A stretch of 29,888 nt of DNA from Deltaproteobacteria bacterium (GCA_046583355.1 JAYGCM010000015.1:1-29888), one strand, 5' to 3'. Positions 1 to 8,458 are shown, counted from the stretch's first letter. Program-made: numbers and translations. Notes: generated from the sequence alone by a model not told the origin.

Positions 1-737
1 CCATTATCCTGCAAGCTGGTATCGCCGCTGGTCTGCATCGCATTGGGCCAGAAGATCAGCGCCTCGCCCGTCGCGAACGCCATCCGGTTTTCCTGCAAGA
101 GAATCTTGCCGCTCTTGCCATCGACCAGGGTGAGGAAATCACCCAGAGGTTCGGCTGAGTAAATCCAGACTTCGTGTGCGATGCGCAGCGACTGGCCAGG
201 GCCGGCAAACCAGACGCGGCGGTGCTTCGGCGCCAGACGCTGACGCTGCATCGAGATCGCCGCCTCCGCGCGGGCAATGGCGACGCGGCGCACCACCTTG
301 GCACGGATCGGCCCGGCCTGCGCATGGACCTGGTAATTTGTATGCAAGCCCGTCACCGAGCCGTCGCGTCCCTGATGCACCGAAAGTTCAGCCCCGAAGA
401 TCGGCAAGCCCCGGTGTTGCTGGCTCAGCCGCGTATGCGCGCTGGCGATACCGCGGTGCGTCGAGACTGTCACGAGATCGCTCAGATCCGCGACCATCCC
501 CAGAGGGCCGGCGAAGCGTTGCAGGAAATTCCGCGCCGTTCGCTCCGGACGAGCGAGGCTCCCCGCAAATTGACAGCCCCGATAGTCCCGCCGCGCGTCG
601 AGATCGATCGACTTCTGGTTCGGCTGCGCGGCGCACGGCAGGCGCTGGCTATCTTCCGGATGCCGTTGCGCACGCACCTCGCCCAACAGCAATGAGACCA
701 GCAATAGGAGAGAAAGGACAGCGACGTATGGGCGCAA
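1..737 (-). CDS. Secreted zinc metalloprotease precursor, M4/M36 (thermolysin/fungalysin) type; N-terminal part only, runs off window edge
   Basis: Not in the ORF track; translated by hand. TTG start at 737 with AAGGAG 6 nt upstream. Signal peptide MRPYVAVLSLLLLVSLLLGEVRAQ, FTP propeptide-like HTRLSQQHRGLPIFGAELSVH, PepSY-like EVWIYSAEPLGDFLTLVDGKSGKILLQENRM, then mature-domain start ATGEALIFWPNAMQTSGDTSLQDNG. The frame is open to position 1; the HEXXH motif would lie outside the window. Confidence 0.75.
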   Translation of the reverse strand, partial: MRPYVAVLSLLLLVSLLLGEVRAQRHPEDSQRLPCAAQPNQKSIDLDARRDYRGCQFAGSLARPERTARNFLQRFAGPLGMVADLSDLVTVSTHRGIASAHTRLSQQHRGLPIFGAELSVHQGRDGSVTGLHTNYQVHAQAGPIRAKVVRRVAIARAEAAISMQRQRLAPKHRRVWFAGPGQSLRIAHEVWIYSAEPLGDFLTLVDGKSGKILLQENRMAFATGEALIFWPNAMQTSGDTSLQDN

Positions 738-868
738 ATGAGGCTCCTTGGGTTGAGGCGGGAACCTGGTAAGTTTGCCACGCGGGCGATTGGCGCGAAA
801 GAGGCAATTGCGTTGGCGAACCCGATACTTCGGCGCGTGCACCTGGAAGGACTGCTAGGAATACGGCA

Positions 869-1738
869 ATGGCGCCACCAGCCGGAATCGGTTGTGCGGC
901 GTTCGAACTGAGGGGCGAGATGGGAGCCGATGGGAAAATTGCAGGCGAAGACGTCCTGATCGCTGACGGCGAGCTCGGTCTCTTTGCCGGGGCAGCAAGT
1001 GACGCGATTGTGCACGGCACCTACCGGCGCACCGGCAAATGGGCTCCGGAGCTTCTCGAGCTACTGACAAAACGGCTCCTCTGCGGCGGCGGAACGCTTC
1101 TCGATATCGGTGCGAATATCGGGCTGGTTGCTGTGCCGACGACGGAACGCACGCAATGCCGTACGCTGGCCTTCGAGCCCGACCCGTGCAACGCCGCGCT
1201 CCTGCGGCGCAATATCGCCTTGCATGGGCTGGACCAGAGCATCGAGGTCCACGAACTCGCGCTCTTCTCCTCAAGCGGTGCGATGTCTTTGGGCCGCGAC
1301 GCCAGCAACCACGGCGACCAGCGCCTTTTGACCAACGATGTCGCAGAATCTCCGAGCGTGCGCGTCCGCACGGCCTGCCTTGATACACTGGTCGAACCCG
1401 CGACGCTGGCACGACCCGTCGTCGCCAAAATCGATACCCAGGGTGCCGAGGTCGATGTCCTGGCGGGTGCGCAGCGCACGCTGGCGCAGATCGAGCACGC
1501 AATAGTCGAGGTCTGGCCGGCGGGCTTGGCGCGCGTCGGACGCACGCTCGAAGAATTGATAGAGGCGCTCGCGGCCCACTTCTCGCATGCGCGGCTGCTG
1601 CTGGCGGGAGAGCCGATCTGGCCGCTTGCCGGCTTGCGCACAGAATTCGCGCGCCTCGACGCCGTGGCCACCTTGCACGACGAGGACACCTTTTTCGATA
1701 TCCTCGTCGGCCACGCGGCCGACCCGCCCCAGCCATAG
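869..1738 (+). CDS. FkbM-family SAM-dependent methyltransferase
   Basis: Motifs LLDIGANIG, AFEPDP..AALLRRNI and KIDTQGAEVDVL.G. Start could be a downstream ATG (MGADG). Confidence 0.85.
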   Translation: MAPPAGIGCAAFELRGEMGADGKIAGEDVLIADGELGLFAGAASDAIVHGTYRRTGKWAPELLELLTKRLLCGGGTLLDIGANIGLVAVPTTERTQCRTLAFEPDPCNAALLRRNIALHGLDQSIEVHELALFSSSGAMSLGRDASNHGDQRLLTNDVAESPSVRVRTACLDTLVEPATLARPVVAKIDTQGAEVDVLAGAQRTLAQIEHAIVEVWPAGLARVGRTLEELIEALAAHFSHARLLLAGEPIWPLAGLRTEFARLDAVATLHDEDTFFDILVGHAADPPQP

Positions 1739-1748
1739 GGATGCGGGG

Positions 1749-2441
1749 CTACTCGCGAAAAGGCTGGTTGCCGAAGCGATCGAGATGCACGCGCATACCC
1801 ACCGGCGGCCGTGTCGTGGGGCCGTAGCGACCTTTGGGCCAGCCCATTGGAATCACCGCACAAGGGTTCACATTCCAAGGCAAGCCAAGCGCGCGCCGCG
1901 CCAGAAAGCTGCTCCATAGAGGCATGGTGATCAGCGCCGCACCGAGCCCGGCCGAGCGCGCCGCAAGCAACAGATTCTGCACCGAAGGGTAGACCGAACC
2001 ATAATAGCTCGTCGCCATGACCGAGGGCCACACCGGACGCATGCCCTTCAAGCAGGCCACCACGACTACCGGCACGTCAGCAAAATGATCGGCCTGCCAT
2101 TGCACGGCCTTGATGATCTTCATCTGCTTCTCGTCGTCGCGGGCAAGCCATTTGCCGATGCCGCCGTAGAGGTTGAACATCTGGCTATTGAGTTGGCCGA
2201 GCCGCTCCTTCACGGCGCGATCCTTTACGACGATCCATTCCCAATGTTGCTGATTGGATCCGCTCGGCGCCTTCATGGCAAGCTCGATCAGTTCCAGCAC
2301 CAAGGCGTCCTCGACCGGCTCGTCGGTCAAGCGACGGATGGCGCGCTGCGTACGCATCGCATCTTCCAGCGGCATCCGGAAGGGACTTTCTTTTGCCGGC
2401 GCCACTGCCGCGCCGGTCTCATTCTCTGAAATATCGGACAT
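1749..2441 (-). CDS. Nitroreductase-family flavoprotein
   Basis: Start MSDISENE at 2441 with a strong SD (GAAGGAGG). Motifs RTQRAIRR, APSGSNQQHW, QNLLLAARSAGLG and IPMGWP. The ORF-track extension to 2879 overlaps the next gene and is not used. Confidence 0.9.
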   Translation of the reverse strand: MSDISENETGAAVAPAKESPFRMPLEDAMRTQRAIRRLTDEPVEDALVLELIELAMKAPSGSNQQHWEWIVVKDRAVKERLGQLNSQMFNLYGGIGKWLARDDEKQMKIIKAVQWQADHFADVPVVVVACLKGMRPVWPSVMATSYYGSVYPSVQNLLLAARSAGLGAALITMPLWSSFLARRALGLPWNVNPCAVIPMGWPKGRYGPTTRPPVGMRVHLDRFGNQPFRE

Positions 2442-2580
2442 TGTTCTTCCTCCTTCGTAAGGTTGGCATGCGGGCCGCCTCCCTGTCGACAGGATCCGGC
2501 AGAGCGACGAAGAAAGCCGTCCAACCCCTCCTGCTGAAGGCATGGCCGGGAAGTAGGCCTTCCTCTCCGACACTGCGGGT

Positions 2581-3756
2581 TCAGCCGGACAGATCCTCTT
2601 CGTCGTCATGCGCCCGGACAGAGGGCAGCGCATCGACCTGCGCGGCCCAATCCTCGTAGCCCAGTGCCCAGGGGACGATCCGTAACGCCAATTCGCCCGC
2701 CGGCAGGGTCGCATCCGCATGTTCCAGGTGATCGTTGCCGTCGCGAAAGGAACGGCCGGGGAGAAGATCGTGGAGGTCAAGAAAATCAGCCCCCTGCCGC
2801 GCGGCCACCGCACGCAGGCGTCCGAGCGATGCGCCCATGCCTGCGTGGTCATAGACACCCAGCCCGATGAGTCTGGCAATATTGGTTGGCTGAATCAGCA
2901 CAAGCACCTCACTGCCCGCCGCACGGTGTCGTGCGACCAGCGCTTCGAGGACGAGCAGGTCGGGATTGTCGGGCGCAAGACCCTGCAGAACCGAAGCGAG
3001 GCGACGCTTGGCGTCAGCAGCCGTCGGCCGAACCACGGCGAGCTGCTGCATCACCTCCTCCACCGAGGGCCCGCTGCGCATTCCAGCAGCCGCACCGACG
3101 CGCTTCTGAAAATACGTGACCAGCGCCGCATAGCCACGCGCAATCCGGACCTGCTGGCGGCGTAGCCAACGCCACCACTCGAAATATCCAGCCGCGACGA
3201 TCGAGCGATAGGTGAGAAGGTCCGCAGCCGAGAGCCCGATCGAATGCAGCGGCAGACCAGCGGCCTCCCACCACCGGCTCGCCGGCAGCAGGCCGGCAAG
3301 CACCGGCTGCTGGAGGCTTCGCGCTCGGCTGAACCACGAGAGGTTCACCCCGATGATCACGCGCCCAGCACCCAGTTCCGCCACCGCCTCACTGGTCAGA
3401 TAATGCGAAAAGGTCGTGAAGCCGGGTATCGAGAGGTTCAGAATTTCGATATCCGGCCGATTGAATTTATTGCGCATCCGGACCCCGGCAATCCAGAGCG
3501 GCGAGGGCCGGCCCTCGGCCGAAAACGAGAGCGAATCGCCGAGGAACACGACCCGTTCGCCGCTGCCCTCGCCTGCGGCCAGCACCGTTTGCGTGGCGAC
3601 AATTTGGTCCAAGTCGACGTCCGAAGTTCTTACTTCCGCCACCTCGAGCAGGGCAATCAAGCAGAGACCGGCCAACAGGAACCCCGTGGCGACCGCGACC
3701 AAAAGAAGCAAGGCGCGCCAGATGCGCAAAGCGCGAGTCATCTCTTCGGTCACCAC
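2581..3756 (-). CDS. Membrane-anchored SGNH/GDSL-fold protein (AlgJ/PatB/DltD-like acyltransferase partner), paralog A
   Basis: N-terminal hydrophobic helix. SGNH-like blocks VVFLGDSL, NLSIPG, IGVNLSW and FRDGNDHL. Lies directly downstream of the MBOAT gene. Alternative ATG start at 3741. Confidence 0.75.
   Translation of the reverse strand: MVTEEMTRALRIWRALLLLVAVATGFLLAGLCLIALLEVAEVRTSDVDLDQIVATQTVLAAGEGSGERVVFLGDSLSFSAEGRPSPLWIAGVRMRNKFNRPDIEILNLSIPGFTTFSHYLTSEAVAELGAGRVIIGVNLSWFSRARSLQQPVLAGLLPASRWWEAAGLPLHSIGLSAADLLTYRSIVAAGYFEWWRWLRRQQVRIARGYAALVTYFQKRVGAAAGMRSGPSVEEVMQQLAVVRPTAADAKRRLASVLQGLAPDNPDLLVLEALVARHRAAGSEVLVLIQPTNIARLIGLGVYDHAGMGASLGRLRAVAARQGADFLDLHDLLPGRSFRDGNDHLEHADATLPAGELALRIVPWALGYEDWAAQVDALPSVRAHDDEEDLSG
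3397..3423. repeat. 27-bp exact repeat shared by the two SGNH paralogs (second copy at 6069-6095)
   Basis: cagataatgcgaaaaggtcgtgaagcc occurs at 3397-3423 and 6069-6095. It encodes GFTTFSHYL and reflects gene duplication. Confidence 0.9.
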
Positions 3757-3819
3757 GTATGTTGCCCAAAATATCAGGACGGCCGACGCTTGTCAGATAC
3801 ACGAAGGCGGCTGTCGAAA

Positions 3820-5247
3820 TCAGAACTGGAAATAGATGAACTCCGCACCGCGCCCGCTGGCCGCAACCACCAAGGCGAGCACGACGCCGAAGACCAACCC
3901 CTCGGCGATAGTGCCGCCGATACCGGCGCTGCGCTTACGCGCCGCCATTACGCGCGGCCGCCAGGCGCGCTCGAGGAAATGCAATGCCGCGGCCAGGGCG
4001 CATAGCAGGAAGCCCCAGACCGGCATCGCGACGTTCCAATTCCCGAAGAGGATCGTCTCGATCACTATAATGGCGTCCATGAAGGTGCTCGCGCGGAAGA
4101 AGATCCACAAGAAGGTGACGACATGGAAGCAAAGAAAGATGCGCCACCAATCGCCGAGGACGAGCTTCGCTTCAGGGTCGCGCCGCGAGCGCATGGGCCG
4201 ATGCACCGAGAGCAGCACGCCATGCAGACCGCCCCAGATAACGAAATTCCACCCCGCACCATGCCAGAGGCCGCCGAGCAGCATCGTCAGAAACAGGTTG
4301 ATCGTCGTGCGCATGCCTCCTTTCCGGTTTCCGCCCAAGGGGATGTAGAGGTAATCGCGCAACCAGCGTGAGAGTGTCATATGCCAGCGGCGCCAGAACT
4401 CCGTCGGATTGCGTGAGAGGTAGGGTTCTTCGAAATTCAGCGGCAACTCGTAGCCGAGGAGCAGCGCAATGCCGCGCGCCATATCGGTGTAACCCGAGAA
4501 ATCGAAATAGATCTGGAAGGCGAAGGCGTAGGTCGCCACCAAATGCAGCGGCGCGGAGATGACGCCCGGGTTCCCGTAGGCGGCATCGACCAAAGGAGCA
4601 AGCAGAAAATCGCCAAAGACCACCTTCTTCAGCAAACCGGCTGTAATCAACCAGATGCCACGGCGATTGCGGTCGGCCGTCGGCCTTCCACCCTCCTCGA
4701 TCTGCGGCAGCAGCTCGCGACCACGCAGAATCGGCCCGGCGATCAGCTGCGGAAAAAAGCAGACGAAAAGTGCGTAGCGGGCAAGATTACGCGGTGGCGC
4801 GAGCTCGCCGCGGTAGACATCGACATGCAATGCAATCAGCTGGAAGGAATAGAAAGAGATGCCGAGCGGCAGCAGAATCTCCGCAACGGATGGTGCCTCG
4901 CCGCCCAGGAGCGCCGCGAAGGGCCCGGCGATGCCGAGCAAGAAGGCCGCGTATTTGAAGACCGCCAGAATACCGACCGTGAAGACGATCGAGGCAATCA
5001 GCCAACGGCGTGCCGCCAGCTTCGCCGACTCCCCGCCCTGCGCCGAATGGTAGAGCATGCGACGCAAAAACAGATAGTTGACTCCGATGTCCGCGAGCAG
5101 AAGCAAAAGGTAGGGCGGCAACCAAAGAAAGTAGAAAAAGAGGCTGGCCAGCAACAACCAACCGGCGCGCGCGCGCGTGGGAAGCAACCGATCGCCGAGA
5201 AAGACGATGAGGAAGAAGACCGCAAAGGCCAGAGTCGGGAAGAGCAT
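3820..5247 (-). CDS. MBOAT O-acyltransferase, AlgI/PatA/DltB family
   Basis: Start MLFPTLAF at 5247, 5 nt after the upstream stop. Motifs LPLGISFYSFQ, FFPQLIAGPI, QIYFDFSGYTDMA, NF..PY, FWRRWHMTLS.WLRDYLYIPLGG, catalytic GLWHGA and C-terminal FIYFQF. Confidence 0.95.
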   Translation of the reverse strand: MLFPTLAFAVFFLIVFLGDRLLPTRARAGWLLLASLFFYFLWLPPYLLLLLADIGVNYLFLRRMLYHSAQGGESAKLAARRWLIASIVFTVGILAVFKYAAFLLGIAGPFAALLGGEAPSVAEILLPLGISFYSFQLIALHVDVYRGELAPPRNLARYALFVCFFPQLIAGPILRGRELLPQIEEGGRPTADRNRRGIWLITAGLLKKVVFGDFLLAPLVDAAYGNPGVISAPLHLVATYAFAFQIYFDFSGYTDMARGIALLLGYELPLNFEEPYLSRNPTEFWRRWHMTLSRWLRDYLYIPLGGNRKGGMRTTINLFLTMLLGGLWHGAGWNFVIWGGLHGVLLSVHRPMRSRRDPEAKLVLGDWWRIFLCFHVVTFLWIFFRASTFMDAIIVIETILFGNWNVAMPVWGFLLCALAAALHFLERAWRPRVMAARKRSAGIGGTIAEGLVFGVVLALVVAASGRGAEFIYFQF

Positions 5248-5252
5248 CGAAA

Positions 5253-6473
5253 TCAGTTTCTCTTGCGCTTTGCGCGCGCCTCTACCCGCGGAAGCCCCGC
5301 GGCCCGGACCGCCCAATCTGGGCGACCCAGCGCCCAAGGCAGAAGCCGCGACGCGACCGCGGCCGCCGGCTGTGTCGAGTCCTTGAGGGCGAGGTGGTCC
5401 CGGTCGTCGCGAAAGGACCGGTTGGGCAGAAGGTCATGCAAGTCGAGGAAACTCGCACCTTGCCGCTCTGCCACCGCGCGTAGGCGGGCGAGAGAGACCT
5501 CTATATTTGCCTTGTCATAGACTCCGACCTTGCGCAGATTCACGACGTTGGTTGGTTGTACCAGCACCAGCACCTCGCTACCGGCCGCGCGATAACGAGC
5601 CACCAGCGCTTCCAGCGTTTGCAGATCCGGGTCATCGCGCTCCAAACCGTCCAAGAACGATCCCAAATTGCGCCGCGCACCCGCGCGGGTCGACCGCCGC
5701 GCCCGAACCTCCACGACCAGAGCCTTTGCCGAGAGCGCGCGCTGCCAAGCCATTCCGCCGCCTTCGCCCGCCCATTTCTGGAATGCACCTACCCAATTTG
5801 CGTAGCCCGCAGCGAAGCGCCCCTGCTGGCGTCGCAGCCAGCGCCAATCCTCATAATGGCCGGACGCAATCGCCGATCGATAGATGACCATATCGGCGGC
5901 GGCAAGACCGATTGCAAACAGCGGCAGCCGCACGGCCTCGGCCCAGCGCGTTGCCGGCAGCAGACCGGCAAGCACCGGCTGCTGCCTTTCCGCCAAGCGG
6001 GAGAACCAGGACAGATTCACTCCGATGATCACGCGCTCGGCCTTGACCTTCACCACCTCCTCGCTCACCAGATAATGCGAAAAGGTCGTGAAGCCAGGAA
6101 TCGAGAGGTTGATGAGATCGATTCTCCGCCGGCCCAGCTTCTTGCGAAGTTGGTAGCGAAGAATGCCGGGCGCGGGCAGCGCTCGGCCGCGCGGAAAGGA
6201 AAGCGAATCACCGAGGAAGACCACCCGGAAGGCGTCAGGATCGCCCTCGTTCCGCATGCCCTTTGCAAGGACGCGTCGGGTCATTCCGAGCTGGTCGAGG
6301 TCGACCGCCGGAACCTTGATCGCGCGCGCATCCAGCACGCCAACCAAGAGCACTCCTGCCAGCCAGAAGCCCACCCCGACCGAAACCAAAAGAGCCAGAA
6401 CACGTCGGGGGTGCGTCTCAGAGAATGATTCTTCAGCGGCCACGGGTAACCGGCGCAATATCAGGCCCGCCAT
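5253..6473 (-). CDS. Membrane-anchored SGNH/GDSL-fold protein, paralog B
   Basis: Same architecture as 2581..3756: TM helix, VVFLGDSL, NLSIPGFTTFSHYL, IGVNLSWFSR and FRDDRDHL. Confidence 0.75.
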   Translation of the reverse strand: MAGLILRRLPVAAEESFSETHPRRVLALLVSVGVGFWLAGVLLVGVLDARAIKVPAVDLDQLGMTRRVLAKGMRNEGDPDAFRVVFLGDSLSFPRGRALPAPGILRYQLRKKLGRRRIDLINLSIPGFTTFSHYLVSEEVVKVKAERVIIGVNLSWFSRLAERQQPVLAGLLPATRWAEAVRLPLFAIGLAAADMVIYRSAIASGHYEDWRWLRRQQGRFAAGYANWVGAFQKWAGEGGGMAWQRALSAKALVVEVRARRSTRAGARRNLGSFLDGLERDDPDLQTLEALVARYRAAGSEVLVLVQPTNVVNLRKVGVYDKANIEVSLARLRAVAERQGASFLDLHDLLPNRSFRDDRDHLALKDSTQPAAAVASRLLPWALGRPDWAVRAAGLPRVEARAKRKRN

Positions 6474-6556
6474 AAAATGTCAGCACAGGGAGAATGTGCC
6501 AGCGGCGGCACCGCATTCTCGAAGATACCGAAGGGTTCGGCAGCGAGGGATGCAAA

Positions 6557-6592
6557 GGGGACGGAAATCGGTACACGTCCCCCCAAGGGGAC
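6557..6592. promoter_or_regulatory. Candidate operator: three GGGGAC half-sites including the palindrome GTCCCC-N4-GGGGAC
   Basis: ggggac at 6557-6562, gtcccc at 6577-6582 and ggggac at 6587-6592, in the intergenic region upstream of the SGNH-MBOAT-SGNH cassette. Confidence 0.3.
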
Positions 6593-6647
6593 AAATTGCT
6601 CGGCTTTCCGGAGTATTCACCGCCCGCGGGGTAACGCAGAATCGGAT

Positions 6648-7355
6648 TCAGTCGTTGTCGAGTTCGATCGTCAGGCGAGCGCGGGCGCGGATTTCGATCT
6701 GGCCTGCCTCGATCGGCGGCACGGGTGCCTTTGCATCGGCGGCCATCGAGCGGGCAAAGACCTGGCGAGGCCGGGGCGAGGCACCGCCCACTTGCTCGAT
6801 CAGGAGGATATCGCCCAGACGCGCGCCGGCGCCGCGGGCAGCAGCCTCGGCATATTCCCGCGCATTGGCGACCGCCTCGCGCAGGGCCTGGCGTTCCAGT
6901 TCATCGCGCGCCTTCACATCGAAGCGCAACCCTGAGACCGCGGTTGCACCCGTCGAGACTGCCGCCGCAAGCACCTCGCCAACCCGCTCTACATCATCGA
7001 TACGAACCTCAATCGAGTTACTCGCCAGGTAGCCCCGCGACACCCTGCGACGCTCCTGCCATTCAAATTCTTCCTGCAAGGAATATGCGATGGTGCGCAC
7101 GGCATCTTTACCCAGCTTCGCCGACTGCAATGCTTGCATGACGCGACTGGCGGCACGCGCGCCCGCGACCTGCGCCTTTTGCGGGTTTTTGTTGCGTGAC
7201 TCGACGGTCAGCATCAACACGGCTCGGTCCGGGGCGACGCGCAATATCGCCTCGCCGTTTACCACCACTCGCGGCTCCTCGTCGGCAGAGGCCGCCGGAG
7301 ATGCTGCGAGAAGAAAAAACGCCGTACACGCAAAAAGGACCGGGATTGCTCTCAT
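6648..7355 (-). CDS. SIMPL-domain (DUF541, YggE/BP26-like) periplasmic protein
   Basis: Signal peptide ending ASA. Motifs V.VNGEA..RVAPDRA.L.L.V, GY.ASN.IEV, ALREAVANAREYAEAAA..AG..LG and IEAGQIEI. Confidence 0.9.
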   Translation of the reverse strand: MRAIPVLFACTAFFLLAASPAASADEEPRVVVNGEAILRVAPDRAVLMLTVESRNKNPQKAQVAGARAASRVMQALQSAKLGKDAVRTIAYSLQEEFEWQERRRVSRGYLASNSIEVRIDDVERVGEVLAAAVSTGATAVSGLRFDVKARDELERQALREAVANAREYAEAAARGAGARLGDILLIEQVGGASPRPRQVFARSMAADAKAPVPPIEAGQIEIRARARLTIELDND

Positions 7356-7458
7356 GCCTCTTTTCTATCGCCTGTACGGCGGCGCTGTCGAGTCCGCATG
7401 TGATCGTCTCCAAAGGTATGCCCGGCGGCAGGCCTGCTTTTCGGCCGGGCCTCCAGGT

Positions 7459-8304
7459 TCAGCCCAGCAGGGCTTCGGCGTGATGACGGATATGGTCACC
7501 GATCTGCGTTTGGATGAAATCGTAGCCATGCCCGAAACCGGCGTGACGACGCAGCGTAAGTGGGTGGCCCGCTGCGCTGCAGGCTGCCTCAAGCCGCTCG
7601 GGGTGCAGCTGCTCGGCGAGGAACTCATCGTCTTCGCCCTGGTCGATCAGCAAGGGCAGGCGCTCGGTGGCACCCGCGATCAAGGCACAGGCATCCCACT
7701 CGGCCCAGGCCGCGCGGTCACAGCCGAGGTAGGCCGTGAACGCTTTCTCGCCCCACGGGCAATGGCTCGGTGCACAGATCGGCGCGAAGGCCGAGACCGA
7801 GCGAAAGCGGCCGGGATTGCGCAGCGCCAGCACCAACGCGCCGTGGCCGCCCATCGAATGACCGAAGATCGACGAACGCGTCGTATCGCCCGGCAGCCCC
7901 TCGGCCACCAGCGCGGGGAGCTCGTCCATAAGATAGGAGTGCATGCGATAATTCATGATCCACGGCATCTCGGTTGCGTCCAAGTAGAAACTGGCGCCCG
8001 AACCGAGATCCCAGGAATCCTCCTCGCCGGCGATGCCGGCCTCGCGCGGGCTGGTATCGGGCGCCACCAGAAGGATGCCATGCTCGGCCGCATACTGCTG
8101 CGCGCCGGCCTTCACGGTGAAATTCTCGGGCGTACAGGTGAGCCCGGAAAGCCAATAAAGCACGGGCACAGGGCCGGCTTTGGCCTGCGGCGGGACAAAA
8201 ACCGAGAACGTCATCTGCGTCCCGGTCTCGTCGGAAAGATGCCGCAGATACTTCTGCTCACCACCGAACATCTCCTCACTCGAAACCAGCTCTAAATCCG
8301 CCAT
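7459..8304 (-). CDS. fghA: S-formylglutathione hydrolase (esterase D family)
   Basis: Motifs LYWLSGLTCT.ENF..KAGAQ, PDTSPR, G.GASFYLDAT, nucleophile GHSMGGHGAL, WGEKAF and DQG..D.FL. SD AAGGA upstream. Confidence 0.95.
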   Translation of the reverse strand: MADLELVSSEEMFGGEQKYLRHLSDETGTQMTFSVFVPPQAKAGPVPVLYWLSGLTCTPENFTVKAGAQQYAAEHGILLVAPDTSPREAGIAGEEDSWDLGSGASFYLDATEMPWIMNYRMHSYLMDELPALVAEGLPGDTTRSSIFGHSMGGHGALVLALRNPGRFRSVSAFAPICAPSHCPWGEKAFTAYLGCDRAAWAEWDACALIAGATERLPLLIDQGEDDEFLAEQLHPERLEAACSAAGHPLTLRRHAGFGHGYDFIQTQIGDHIRHHAEALLG

Positions 8305-8424
8305 GCGGATTCCTTACACATCCGGCGGCAGATTCGCCGCAGAGGGCGCGGGCCAGAGCACGGCTGCGTCCGCCGCGGCCCTCCCTGCCGCCGGCCACCC
8401 CGCAGCCCCGCCGGCAGCGACGGC

Positions 8425-8453
8425 TTGACGATGCGGCCCGACACCACGAAGCT
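8425..8453 (+). promoter_or_regulatory. Putative sigma70 promoter for the proA-like gene (possibly leaderless transcript)
   Basis: TTGACG (8425-8430), 17-nt spacer, GAAGCT (8448-8453). ATG follows 5 nt later with no SD. Confidence 0.3.
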
Positions 8454-8458
8454 CGACT

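Noticed and set aside
174..772. Plus-strand ORFs of 173 and 198 aa at the left edge
   Set aside because: They are shadow frames of the minus-strand protease gene, with no recognisable motifs and Arg/Pro-rich composition.
2442..2879. N-terminal extension of the nitroreductase ORF suggesting a fusion
   Set aside because: It overlaps SGNH paralog A in another frame, and a strong SD precedes the ATG at 2441.
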